Source: Vermamoeba vermiformis (Eukaryota). From it: a DNA stretch of 64,000 bases. The notes below the pieces were generated by a model, which made no database searches, had not been told where the DNA came from, and was given only the letters and a program-made list of their open reading frames with translations. This document shows positions 12,423 to 24,709 of this stretch, piece by piece. The stretch lies in NCBI GenBank assembly GCA_045837725.1, contig JBEWZL010000276.1, positions 310,001 through 374,000 on the forward strand. The letters are read 5' to 3'. The position numbers were made by a program, and so were the translations under genes. How positions within the stretch are numbered: position 1 is the stretch's first letter; every line of letters starts with the position of its first letter.

Positions 12423-14490
12423 CTAGTTTACGGCCTCGAGTTCAGCAATAGCGCGGAAGAACAAATCGAAGATGTTGCCGTTGATGAAGTCGTTGTCGAC
12501 AATATTGACCAAGAAGTACTCGTCGTGCACGTGTTGAATCAGCTGCTTGCTCTCGGACTGCTCCTCGTAGATGGTCGCCCACTTGGAGAGCCACAAGTTG
12601 AAGGCCTCTTCTTTCCAGACCATGAAGCTCTCAGGGTCCACCACCGTGGGCTGCACAATCTCTTTGCCTGGGAACACACCCCACGTGACTGCTGTCACTC
12701 CTTCGGTGTTGCTGTAACTCTCACCCTGTTCATGAATGCACCGAGTTAGACATGACACGTGTCAAACACTGACGCACGACATTACCTTCATGTTGACGGC
12801 TTGGTACGAGCACTGCGGCAGCTCGCGGAGCACGCGCAAGAGTACTTGCAGGTGCTGCGGTGAGGTGAAGAACTCGACGTAGGCCTTTTGATAGACGACA
12901 CCATTGGGACCACCCCAGCCCACGGACTTGTCACTCGAGGGGGCACCATTCACGCGTGGTTGCGAGTTGATGGTCCAGAATCCCTTCTGATTGATGGTGA
13001 GGAGATTGGTCTTGATGATGTTGGTCTCCAGGCCAATGGAGCCCTCAATCCAGGGCAGCTGATCGATCTGTCCGTCGAGGTACTTGACAAACACGCTGCT
13101 AATGTCGTCTGGACTGCGCAACATTTCACCCCACTTGCCGCGCAGTTCAGCGGCTTTGACGGGTGCTTGGAACAAGTGGTAGTCGCTCAGTTCACCAAAG
13201 GCTGGTGAGCGCGAGTCACCCCAGCGACCGTTAGGGAAGTCGTCCCAATTAGCCGTGCGCGACAAGTAGGACTTGCTGCGATTGGCCCAGAAGATGGGAC
13301 GCACGTCTTCTTTGGTGCGCTTCTCGCTGACTGGTCTGCGCCAGGGCAGTTCACGCAAGATCTCGTTGTCAACGAGTCCGAGCTCTTTGATCACTTCAGT
13401 CGTGACGACTTCGCGGTTCAAGGTGTAGAAGTGCAGGCCTGGCACTCCTGCATCCAACAACTTGCGACACATTTCTACGGCGAGTTTGACACCGAGCTCT
13501 TTGATCGCAGCGTCATCGTCCTTAATAGGCTCAATAGCAGTCTTGATTGCTTCGGGCAGAGGTACATTGCACATCTTGGAGATGTTGCGCAGTGAGTGGT
13601 AGCCTTGGATCGGCAAAATACCTGGCAATATTGGGCACGTAATGCCTGCATTGCGGCAGTCTTGCACCCACTTGAGGAAATCTTCGGCAGAGAAGAACAT
13701 TTGAGAGACAACGAAGTCAGCACCTGCATCAACTTTCTCTTTGAGATTGAGAATGTCTTGTTCGTAAGTAGGAGCGTCAGGGTGGCCATAGGGATATCCG
13801 GCGACAGAAATGCTGAAATAGTCTCCAAACTCCTCACGAATTAAGCGCACAAGATCGGCAGCGTATTGGAAATCGTTGGCGGCAGGATTCCAGTTGGGCA
13901 AGTTCTGGGGAGGATCTATTACAGAAATTATCATTAATTGAAGTGCATATGAATGAATTAATAGGGTTTTGCTATATTTAGCAGAATACAAAACGACGCA
14001 AAAAAATTCGATCGGACTTGATCAAAATTTCGATTGCTTACCTCCACGAAGCGCCAAAATGTTTCTAATGCCCTTCTCTTTAGTCTTGTTGAGAACTTCA
14101 ATAATTTCAGCGCGAGTCATTGTGTTACAAGTCAGATGCATGTTGGCAGGCATGCAGCAATAATTCTGAGCGTTTGCGCAAATATCAATCGTCTTCAGTG
14201 AATCTCCATTGCTAGAACCACCAGCACTCCAAGTGACATCAATAAATAGCTGAAAAGTAACGGTTAGTAATTAATTTCCAGCGAATCCAAGCTCCCGATC
14301 GGATTTTGCGTTTAGAAACGATACTTACAGGGCTCAACGTTGCCATTCTATCAAATCGAATATATAAATTGACGGCACCTTCTTCCGTCTTGGGAGGGAA
14401 GAATTCGAATGAGAAGAAGGGTTTCTTCTCATCGATGCGAGCTTGGATCTTCTCGATCAACTTGAAAGAGTTGGCTTTGGGAGTGTTCAT
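12423..14490 (-). CDS. MTHFR: Methylenetetrahydrofolate reductase, eukaryotic type with C-terminal regulatory domain
   Basis: [69 protein letters not shown]. Confidence 0.97.
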
Positions 14491-14671
14491 TGCTATTGAC
14501 TACGTGAACTGACTGGAGTTAGGTGCCTTCAACACGTAAGACTGCAACAAATAACTCCGGGGCCTGTGCAAAAAAACAAAGCCCAGCCTGTCACGTGCTT
14601 CTTTACCGCATTGACCCGAATTTGACTTGAATCGGCACCTTATAGACCCGCACACCTCCGCCAAAGGTTAT

Positions 14672-15721
14672 TTACATATCCAACACGAGTACAGTGTGTC
14701 GTATTCGTTGCAAGAATCGATGGGACCAGTGCCGCGCAGTGAGTGCCGCGTGGATGTGACGCGTCTGTTGGAGCACATCTGTCGCGTACTGGCTGCTGCT
14801 CAGTGCACTGTGCTGTGTATCATCCGCAGCACTGCTCGGCACCTCATTGCGTAGCGGTGTGAGCTCGTCAGCGGTGAGTGTGGTGGCAAAGATGACGAGC
14901 AGTTGCGACGGGTGCACGATCTGGTCTGTGACGCGCAGTTCAGCGATTGAATCGTCGAGCAGGGCTTCAAACAGATCACGTGACTGCTCTGTCAGGGCGT
15001 GATCGGGCGTGTTTTTGACCACTACAATGGGGTACTCGCACGATGTCAGCTGTGATTGGTGAGTTGCGTACTGCCATATTTGGTAATTACCTTATCCAGC
15101 AGCAGAAATTTCAATCGGTCAGTGTCGATGTCACCTGGCACAATGAGCACGTGCTCGCTGTCCTGCACGGCAGTCAGTCCTCAGGTGCAAGTGTCACGCA
15201 CTCACCTTCACGAGCAGCGCTGTCAATGTCTCGATGACACGTGTCAAGTGCCAGTACGATGCAGCCACCAGATTGACACCTGTCCGTTGCGGTGTCAGCA
15301 CTGCTGTCAGTCGTGCCCCCACGCGGTACTGGCGCACCCAATGCAGAGCACGTGGTGCCGCGTGTTGCCAGTGCGCAGCGAGTGCGCGATCAAATTGCGC
15401 GGCGAACTCTGCAGAGGTGAGTCTATTTATAGCTCCACACGTGCTAGCTTTGCGCGTATTTATTGCAGAATGGGAGTGTGGCGCGTGTGATACCCAAGGT
15501 AAGGTCAACAGTACCGCGAGTATCAGCACCCTGCATATTTATTCAGTAATTAATTTCTTGGTAATTATTCGCGCACTGTTGCGAATTAATACGTACAGCC
15601 AACTCAGTTTCCACGACAAGGGCCAATCCGCACTGTACACGCGCTGTCGAAACTTTTTTAATCTTTCCAGCATTGCCGGTGCATCAACAACATTAATAGG
15701 CCCTTTAAATGAGGAAGTCAT
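14672..15721 (-). CDS. Single-pass membrane protein of unknown function (possibly LAP1/LULL1-like), about 4 exons
   Basis: Splices to MTSSFKG...WLVLILAVLLTLPWV (TM segment)...FEALLDD...HRFLQRIRHTVLVLDM. Confidence 0.55.
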
Positions 15722-15940
15722 TGTGATTGACAATCTGCGCTTTGAAATTAATCTCACAAACTTTTTCTACTCCGGCTCAGGTGTTATTGTGCTACGTGAA
15801 ATATTCTGGCGACCTCTACAGTATGCCTCGGTTGTCTGTTGTGTCGCGCAAATATTCTAGGACTAGTCACTGACGGGTGGCCCCTAACGCGGCTGCGTGA
15901 AAAAACAAAAACATTTTGTCTTTGCGAACGAAGAACAGAC

Positions 15941-17110
15941 ATGTCACGTCACAGCAAGAACAATACTTCGCGGCCTATATTTACTTATGCCGAGCGACAG
16001 AAGCTGAAGGACTACGGCACTATTAAACAACGGCTCGGTAAAGATTCGCTGAAGGATTTTGACGCGTGTTCGTTGTGCTTGCATACTTTAGTAATGCCGT
16101 TGGCGTGGTATGGAAATAATATATATTGTTGCATATTAGTGCTCATTTCTCGACAGCCCTTCAGGACACCTGTTTTGCAAGGAATGCATCTACGCTGCAC
16201 TGTTATCACAAAAGAAGGAAATCAAACGACAAACTAAATTATATAAATTACAAATAGAGAAGTCTAAAGTGAGTAGTATTATTTAATTTAAATTTAAGCT
16301 TTCGCGTTGAAAATTCAGTAATAATATTTTTAAAAATTCAGCTAGACTTGGCTTTTGATAAATATACTCAACCGTGCATTTATAAAGTGACATATTGTTA
16401 CGAAAAAATATTCTTAAATGAACAGAAACATTGCCGAAAGGATCGGGTTCACCACGGCCTCAAGCCAGTAGCATGCTTACAATTCATTTTCTAGGAAGCA
16501 GAAGAGATGAAAAAGCAGCAAGAGCAACAAGCACTGCTGGAGAAGTTGGATCAAGCTGAGCGCGGTGAGACGGTAACCGCCGCCACATTAGAAGAAAAGA
16601 AAAAAGTCGCGAGCTATTGGGTGGTATGTCATCATCATATATATGTCTATTAATGCCACGATGCTTGTTTAATTAATCAACGGAACTGGACAGCCCTCAG
16701 TCGCGCCTGATGCGGTGAATGAAACGATCAAAAAGCCCTCAAAACAGACCACGTGCCCCGAAGGCAAGCACGTGCTTTCACTGAAAGATCTGATTGAAGT
16801 GCACTTCACGGTGAATGCGAGTGAGGCAGAGCAAGACAAGTTCAAGTACATGTGCCCCGTGTGCAAGAAGACCCTCAACAACACACCCAAAGTCGTGTTG
16901 ATGAAGAACTGTGGGCACGTGATCTGTCACACGTGTCACAAACAGTTCGGTGAGGACAAGCAGTCACGTGGCGAGGGCAAGTGCGCGCAGTGCAGCGAAG
17001 AGTGGCGCGGTGACAGTGAAGTGATTCCCCTCGCGAGTGAGGGCACTGGTCACGCGGGGCATTCGTCCAAGATTCAGGCCACTGTCGTCACTGTACGACC
17101 CAGCTTTTGA
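15941..17110 (+). CDS. NOSIP: Nitric oxide synthase-interacting protein (RING/U-box-like)
   Basis: MSRHSKNNT...FTYAER...YGTIKQRLGKDSLKDFDACSLCL; C-terminal YMCPVCKKTL...CGHVIC. Confidence 0.93.
16341..16472. other. Candidate structured element in NOSIP intron 2
   Basis: Nested complementarity: GCTA/TAGC, TGGCTT/AAGCCA, CCGTG/CACGG, GTGA/TCAC, CCGA/TCGG. Confidence 0.35.
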
Positions 17111-17252
17111 CAGCTGTCAAACAGGTGTCAGAGGAGCATGACAGCTCATGTAACATAGGTGTAAACTTCAGCGATAAATAATACAAAACAAAAACGACTT
17201 TATACAAGTAAACGCAGTGACAGGAATATGTACATGGCAACACGTGTTGCAG

Positions 17253-18506
17253 TTAGAGGTAGTGCGCAGCGTCGTCTTTGACTGGCTCGCGACGACTGGG
17301 CGTGGGTGTGAGATCAAGGGTCAAATAGGGCCCTGGAGTCTGTGTGTCCTCGAACAGAATGGCCTGAGCTGAGCTTGGGTGGTACTCGTGACTGGGAGGT
17401 TCGTGGTGATAGAGTGGCCAGGAGCCCACATCTTCGATGTCCGACATGGCCAGCAGATCCATCTCTTGCGGGTAGTTCTGATAGTACGCATTCGCATTGG
17501 TGTTCGTGGGCTGCACGTGAGATCGCGGGGCATAAGAGTTGTAGGCAGGTGTGACGTGACTCTGCGTGTTCTCGTGATTGTGTTGCATGACTGGCACGTG
17601 TTGCGCTATGACAGGTGTCACACTTTGATGTGGCACGTGGTTGACATGGCTAGGCACGTGATTGGCATGCCGCACTGGATACACTTCTGCTGTCACCATG
17701 GCCGCTTCAGGCATGTGCTTGGGCTCGTAGCTCGGTGGCTTGATTTGATCACGTGGCTGCGGGGCCAGTGGTACCTCACCAGGGCCAGCACGTGACGCGC
17801 GCAACTGTCTGTTCTCTTCTTCGAGCTCGTGCAGTCGCTCTTGCAGTGCGAGAATGTAGTCGACAGCGAGCGACATGACGAGCGACTGATTCAACTTCTT
17901 GTGGTCTTGACACTGCGGCACGAGGCGGCGCAGTTCTGAGATGGATTCGGTCATCTTGCTGCGTCGTTGTCGCTCTTTGACTTTCTTCATTGCATTGGTC
18001 TCGATCTTTTTCGTCTTTTTTTCTTCGCGCCCTTCTTCGCCTTGCTTGTACTTCCTGCGGATAGAGTTAATAAAAACAGATCGTGAGCAGAAAAATAGTT
18101 GCAAATATCAGAAATAAACCTTGCTAGTATTATCCTTGTCGTAATCAATCAAACAAACGGTTATTTCGAACTATCTCTGGTGTGCATACCATTTTGAGAA
18201 TCCACAAACACGCTTTCCTGTTTTACACTCTTCTGTACATATATGTTTCTTATATTTAGTTTTTGAATTCGATGATGGTTCGCTGAATTTACGGCCCAAG
18301 TCCGACGAATTGTCATTAGATACATCTAGTTCGTCTTCTGAAGAGTTTGTATCCTCCTCATAATAATCCATTTCAGCCATAGTATGGCCTTGATAGCCCA
18401 TCCCCTATTATTTTGTCAATTATTATTCATTACAGCTAAAAGCTTTTTTTCCTACTTGAAGTCCGCTCGTGCTCAGTTCTTGCCGCTGTGCTAGTTTAAC
18501 ACTCAT
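17253..18506 (-). CDS. bHLH-leucine zipper transcription factor, 3 exons
   Basis: KKVKERQRRSKMTESISELRRLVP...KKLNQSLVMSLAVDYILALQERLHELEEENRQL. Confidence 0.88.
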
Positions 18507-19468
18507 ATGCAATAAATATAATGTAATATTATAGAGCTAGTGGTCCGCTCAAGGGCAAAAATAAAATATAAATCAGCTTTCCAATTTTTCAACCAAAAAT
18601 ACTCCGCTGCACGCCGATCGGGCAAGCTGTGCACGTTAACTTCTCACACCGCTAGACTGGTACAAAACTTGGAATATTCCTTGACAGGTGGACCAAGAAA
18701 TATATGCGAATGAAAGCCGAGGAAGGGAAAGCAGTCCGTTGAATTTCATTTATGAAGAAAAGATATCTCCGAGAGTCTCGCAGCTGTAAAGAGTTGCAGC
18801 GATCACTATGTCCTCTAATACAGCTGTCATATTGACTGTGCTCTGACGAATACTTTGTCGTGATGCTGTTGCCGCACTGGCCTTAATCTGTGAATTAGAT
18901 CTGTTAAAATTGCGCTGTATGTACTAAATGTTTGGAGATAATCATACGAATAGATGCATCAACGAGTATTAGAGGAGGTACTAACCAGTTCTGCGAGTGA
19001 TAAGCCCACAAGCAAATCGTGGTGTTCTGTTTTTTGATCTGCAAGGCAAGAACAGAGTTCGCATTGCAGCAACTCGCCCTGAGTTCATATTTATAGATAT
19101 ATTATTATATGGTGCATAATGCTATCACGAATTGTTATTAGAACCTGCACCAATGTCACGAAGCGGATCCAGACTCGAGTGAAGTCACAAAAACCAAGTC
19201 GAAGTCTTAATGCACGCGACGGTCGCATATATTACGTGCCAGAATACAACCGATTAAATACGATATCACAAACATCGCATCTGTTGTTTGCTCGAAGACA
19301 GATCCACTCTGTCCGCGCGTTGCTTTGTACGTGGTGTGGGCATTCATAGTTAATTATAATATTTTTATTATAATATTATTTAATTAATTTATTGGCGCGT
19401 GGTGGTGATAGCTGTGCGGTGACTGAATGACGTCATTTCTAATTTTTCTAACCACCCAAACAGCACAG

Positions 19469-21730
19469 ATGGAGACTCAAAGTACGTCCAACAAGCTGCG
19501 CTTTGATCTCTCAGCTGAGGATATTGCCAAGCTCGCAGACCGATTGATTGAACAGTCGAAGAAGAGATTGGATCAAATAGCTGCAGTCACTGAGCCCACT
19601 TGGGAGAACTGCATCCAAGCCCTGGCCGATGAAGAGGCTGAATTCGCCACATTTAGCTCGATGTGCACCTTCCCTTCACAAGTATCAGAGAGCAAAGAGT
19701 AGGTCTTGCATTAGCAATTTTCATTCCCAGATTTCCTCACCACAATTTATTTAATTCAGAATTCGAGACGCGAGTACTGAAGCCACTAAAAAATTAGAAG
19801 CATATTCTATTGAGAAGGAATTGCGTCCTGATGTCTATAAGGTGTGTAACAATATATTATCAAGTTCGAGCTCGAAAATTTTTTCGTCTTAGCGTCCTAT
19901 TAAATTCCCTATTTAACGCGAGTATAGGTAGTCAGCCAATACAAAGCAAAGAATGAAGTCTTAGAAGGTGAAAACAAGCGTCTATTTGCAAAGATAGTCG
20001 AGACCTTTGAACGCAACGGATTGGGTCTTGCTGAAGAGAAGCAGAAAGAACTCAAAGAGATTAAGACTAGTACGTCATAAGTCCATGCAACTAAGGGGTA
20101 ATTTTGATTAATAATGTGTCTGCAGAGTTGGCAGATCTGTGCATTGAGTTCCAAAAGAACCTGATCGAAGACACGACAGCACTGCCCTTCACCAAAGAAG
20201 AGCTCGACGGACTGCCGCAAGATTTCTTCGAAGGACTCAAGAGCGAGCAGGGCAAGTTCTATGTCTCGCTCAAGTATCCCGAGATATTCCCCGTGCTGCA
20301 GAAGGCCAAGCGTGCCGAGACTCGTCGCTTGATGGACATAGCGCGCGAGGGCCAGTGTCAGAGCGTGAATGTGCCGCTGTTCGAACAAGTGCTGCAGCTG
20401 CGTCAACGTGAAGCCGAGCTGTTGGGCTACGAGAGTCACGCGCACTTCATTCTCGCGATCAGAATGGCCAAGTCACCCGCACAGGTGATGACCTTCTTGA
20501 ACGAGCTCAAAGACAAGCTCGAACAGCCCCTCGTGGATGAACTGGCGCGCTTGTTGGACTTGAAGCGTGCTGAGTGCAAGGCCAACGGTGAAGAGTGCGA
20601 CGAACAGATCCACTCGTGGGACTGGCGCTACTATCAGAACTTGTTGCTGGAGAAAGAATACACAGTGGACGATGAAGTGATCAAAGAGTACTTCCCACTC
20701 GAGCACGTGACGCAGGGACTGTTGGAGATCTATCAAGGACTGCTCGGACTCGTCTTCAAGCCCACCCAAAGCCCGCACGTGTGGCACAGCGATGTCTCAC
20801 AGTACGACGTGTTCGATGCAGACACGCAGCAGTTCATGGGTCACTTCTACCTCGATCTCTTCCCGCGCGATGGCAAGTACACACACGCCGCGGAGTTTGA
20901 TCTGATGAAGCACTGCGTCTACGGCTGGGGCGCAGAACAATTCCCCGCTGCAGCCATGGTCGCGAACTTCACCAAGCCGCAGAACAACAAGCCCTCGCTG
21001 TTGAAGGTACGAATGCTGATCTGCGACTACAATGACATTAACTAAACACTTCGCGCAGCACGATGAGGTCGTAACTTACTTCCATGAGTTTGGACACGTG
21101 ATGCACGAGTTGTGCAGCAAGGCCCGTTACTATCGCATGTCAGGCACGAACACTGAGCGTGACTTTGTTGAGTGCCCGAGTCAGATCTTGGAGAACTGGT
21201 GCTTCGAAGAGCAAGTCTTGAACAAGATCTCCAAGCACTACAAGACCGGTGAACCTCTGCCTCGCGATCTGATCCAGAAGATTATTGCCGCCAAGAATGT
21301 CGGTCAAGCCATGTTCAACCGTCGCCAATTGTTCTTCGGTCTCTTTGACATGTTCGTGCACACCTCGAAAACTGTCGTCAACACCAACGAACACTGGCCA
21401 CGCTTGAAAAAAGAGCTGATGAAGATTGACTGCCCGCCCAACGCTAACGGCGCTGGTTCATTTGGTCACTTGGTCGGCGGATATTCTGCCGGTTACTACG
21501 GCTACCTGTGGTCCGAAGTGTTCGCAGCTGACATGTTCCGTTGCTGGAAGAAATCGCCTGCTGGTGTGTTTGATCCAGCCCTTGGTCGCAAGTACCGCAA
21601 CATCGTGTTGGCTCGTGGTGGTACTGTAGATGGTGGAGACATGCTGCGCGAGTTTTTGGGACGCGAACCATCCCAAGAAGCTTTCTTGGTACACATTGGC
21701 TTGGTGAAGGAAGGTGGTGAAACAAATTGA
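19469..21730 (+). CDS. M3A metallopeptidase (thimet oligopeptidase/neurolysin-like)
   Basis: FYLDLFPRDGKYTHAA, HDEVVTYFHEFGHVMH (HExxH), ERDFVECPSQILENW, YYGYLWSEVFAADMF. Confidence 0.95.
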
Positions 21731-21840
21731 AGCAAAGAAATAAAGCGAGTCAAGTCGATTTCTTTTACATAAGCAGCAGCAGCTTTATTTTCAGGGTACA
21801 GCGCATAGATTTAATAATATTTATTATTTAGAAAGACAAT

Positions 21841-22993
21841 TTACTGCTCTTTCTTGGCCTCCTCCTTTCTTCTTCTTCTGTCTTGCTTAGCCTTTTGGGA
21901 GGTGTGTTTGTAACCGAAAGTACGACCACCATACTTCTTCATTTGTTCGGTGTACTTGCCGTTGTATTGTTCCTTAGCGAGTGAAACCAAGTTGGTGAAG
22001 TCGGTGCTGAACTTGGGGTCGATCTCAGTGACGGCGAGGACAGCAGCGGTCTTCTTGTGAACAACTTGACCCAATCTGGCCTTACCCTTAACAATGACGT
22101 AAGGGATACCCATCTTAACGCACAAAGTGGGCAACCACATGACGATCTGTTGTTAACAAGATCAGGATTAGAACAAAACTGATCGCGAACTAAAACCAAA
22201 TAGTCGTCTGCATACCTCAATAGGGTCGACGTCGTGGGCAATAACAACCAACTTAGCTTTCTTAGACTCAACCAAAGAAGTAACGTGGTTGATACCCATC
22301 TTGACGAACTTGGGCTTCTTGGCATCGGCTTGAGGCTCAGTCTTTTGAGCAGCATCAAGCAAACGCTTCTTCTTGGTGGCCTTATCCTCAGGGCGGTGAG
22401 CGTGCAAAATCTTGAACAAGGTGGTAGCTGCATAACGAAATTAGATTCGATCCAAAAAAATTTATTACAATAATATTTTTAAAATATCCTGTAATAATAT
22501 CGGCGTTGCATTATAATAATTTAATGGTAGATGTATTAGGGAAATAAAATTAATAATAAATACTTACCAGCGTTCTTGTCCAAAGTGTTGGTAAATTGGT
22601 TGATCACAGGGGGGACCTTCAAGCGATTCAACAAAATACGGTGTTGTCTTTGGAGGCGAACATATTTGGGCCAGCGAACGAAGTGGGTCATATTGCGCTT
22701 GGGGGCGACATCTTGACCAATACCGAAGTTCTTGGGGGTCTTTTCGAACAAGGTAGCGTTCTTGACGGTGATCTTGGTGTTAGTCTTCTTTTGGACACCA
22801 CCGCCTTGGGGGCCAGTGGATTGAGTCTTCTTACCCTTGTTGGCTGATTTGGGCTAAATATTATTTAATATTAATAATTATTACCGATCGATAATTTTTT
22901 AAGCGTTATTTCGTCATTATAAATCGCTGGTCATATTCATTACTGCGATAATAAATTATTTGTTCGATTATTAACATTCTTCAACTATACCAT
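21841..22993 (-). CDS. RPL7A: 60S ribosomal protein L7a (eL8), 4 exons; the first coding exon is the ATG only
   Basis: [49 protein letters not shown]. Confidence 0.97.
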
Positions 22994-23176
22994 TATGTCC
23001 GCTGCTTATGTTGCTCAGAGATACGAAAGCGCTAAAAGAAGATGGGAGATACAAAAAGCGGGGACAAAAAATTGGTTTGACTTTTTTTTGACCAAACCGA
23101 CCAATCAGAAAACGGCATCAAAAAGAACGTCAAGCCTAACCCACAAAGAGATTATTTGTGGTATAGTACAATCAGT

Positions 23177-24461
23177 ATGGACAACCTACATTTATTTTTA
23201 TCAAAAGCGAAAGATTCGTTTGAAGACAAATCCGCTTCCTCGATCACCGTTGTTATGGGGAACGAAGCGTCCGATATGGACAGTGTCGTTACGTCTGTTA
23301 TTTATGCATTTTTATGTAACCATATTAGTGGCGGTGTCTTCGTTCCAATTCTGTCTATACCAAGCGAAGACCTTAAATTACGAACAGATCAATTCTATTT
23401 ATACGAAAGACTTGGCTTTAATTATAATCTCATACTCGGATTTAGCGAACCATTGGTAAAGGTAATAACTTATTGAAAAATGCATTTTCTTTTTACTTAC
23501 CTCTCCTTAGCGCCTTGAACAACTGCAAGCCGAGGATAAACTTCGATTTATAATCACAGACCACAACGAAATGAAGGGTTATTTTAAGGTAATAAAGTAC
23601 GTCACACTGTCAGTCTCTAAACGAAACAGAAATTTGCTGGCCTTGTCACTGAAGTCATTGATCATCACGTAGACAGTGGCCTTTACACCAACCAGCCCAA
23701 TGTCAAGGTGCAAATAGAAATGGTTGGTTCCGCAACGAGCCTTGTAGCTGGTAAAGGACGAATGACAACTTGCTGCTGCCGTAGTCTAATAACGTTGTAT
23801 TCAAACAGAGAAGATGATTGCACAGGCCAAACAATTGATCACTAAAGAGATCGCAACGTTGTTATTGGCACCGATATTGATTGACACGATCAATTTAGAA
23901 CCCTCGCGCAATCGAGTGACACCAAAAGACTCTGCGGCAGCTAACACACTCTTAGAAATATCACAAGTGAATCAATTAGAGTTCTTCAATCAACTTCAAG
24001 CAGCTAAATTCAACGACGATGCACTTGGCACTGTAGATAAGTTGCGCAAGGACTACAAAGGTGGTCAAGTGGGCAGCTTCAAGTACGGTATCAGTGCAGT
24101 GCTAGCCTCTGTCGAACAATGGCTCGCAAAAGAGCAGCAATTGACGCAACAATTTGACTCGTTCATGAAACAGAACGGCATTGAACTGCTGTTTGCAACA
24201 CTCGCTTACTACGATAAAGAGAACAAGTTCTATCGTGAGCTGATTGTGTATGGACGCGATGGCCAGCAAATCGTGGACAAATTGCCTGCTGAATTCAAGT
24301 TGCGAGCAATGCACAGCGAGGGCACGAAGAGAGCAATTGAACTCAATCATAACGCTGCTCACCCACTGCTCTTTTATCATATTGAAAACATAGACGTCGC
24401 TAGAAAAGTGTTACAGCCTGCGGTTGATCAAGTATTGAAGTCGTTTTCAGCGAACATTTAA
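23177..24461 (+). CDS. DHH-family exopolyphosphatase (Ppx1/Prune-like)
   Basis: VVMGNEASDMDSV, ITDHN, VIDHH, VGSATSLV, ILIDT, LRKDYK. Confidence 0.9.
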
Positions 24462-24709
24462 TTGGAGCAAGTTGAAGCTACTTTTCAAAGTTGAATCTTT
24501 AGGACTGCGACCTGGTAGTGTTGGGTGCTAATTACATTGGGCCCAGAATTCTAATAGAAGGCAAAACGCCGAATAAAGAAACGAGTTCCCAGCGGTTATT
24601 CAAATTCGCGCCCTTTTTTTTCACAATTTTTAATTTCGGCGGTTCTTTTGTCATTTTCATTTTACGCCACGATAAACAACACAATACAGTACATATTTAT
24701 CAGTGCATT

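Noticed and set aside
18510-19420. ncRNA or small gene in the longest intergenic gap
   Set aside because: Only weak hairpins and imperfect box motifs; no recognisable RNA or coherent spliced ORF
22432-22990. snoRNAs in RPL7A introns (vertebrate RPL7A hosts C/D snoRNAs)
   Set aside because: Only a C-box-like ATGACGA, with no paired CTGA D box or terminal stem
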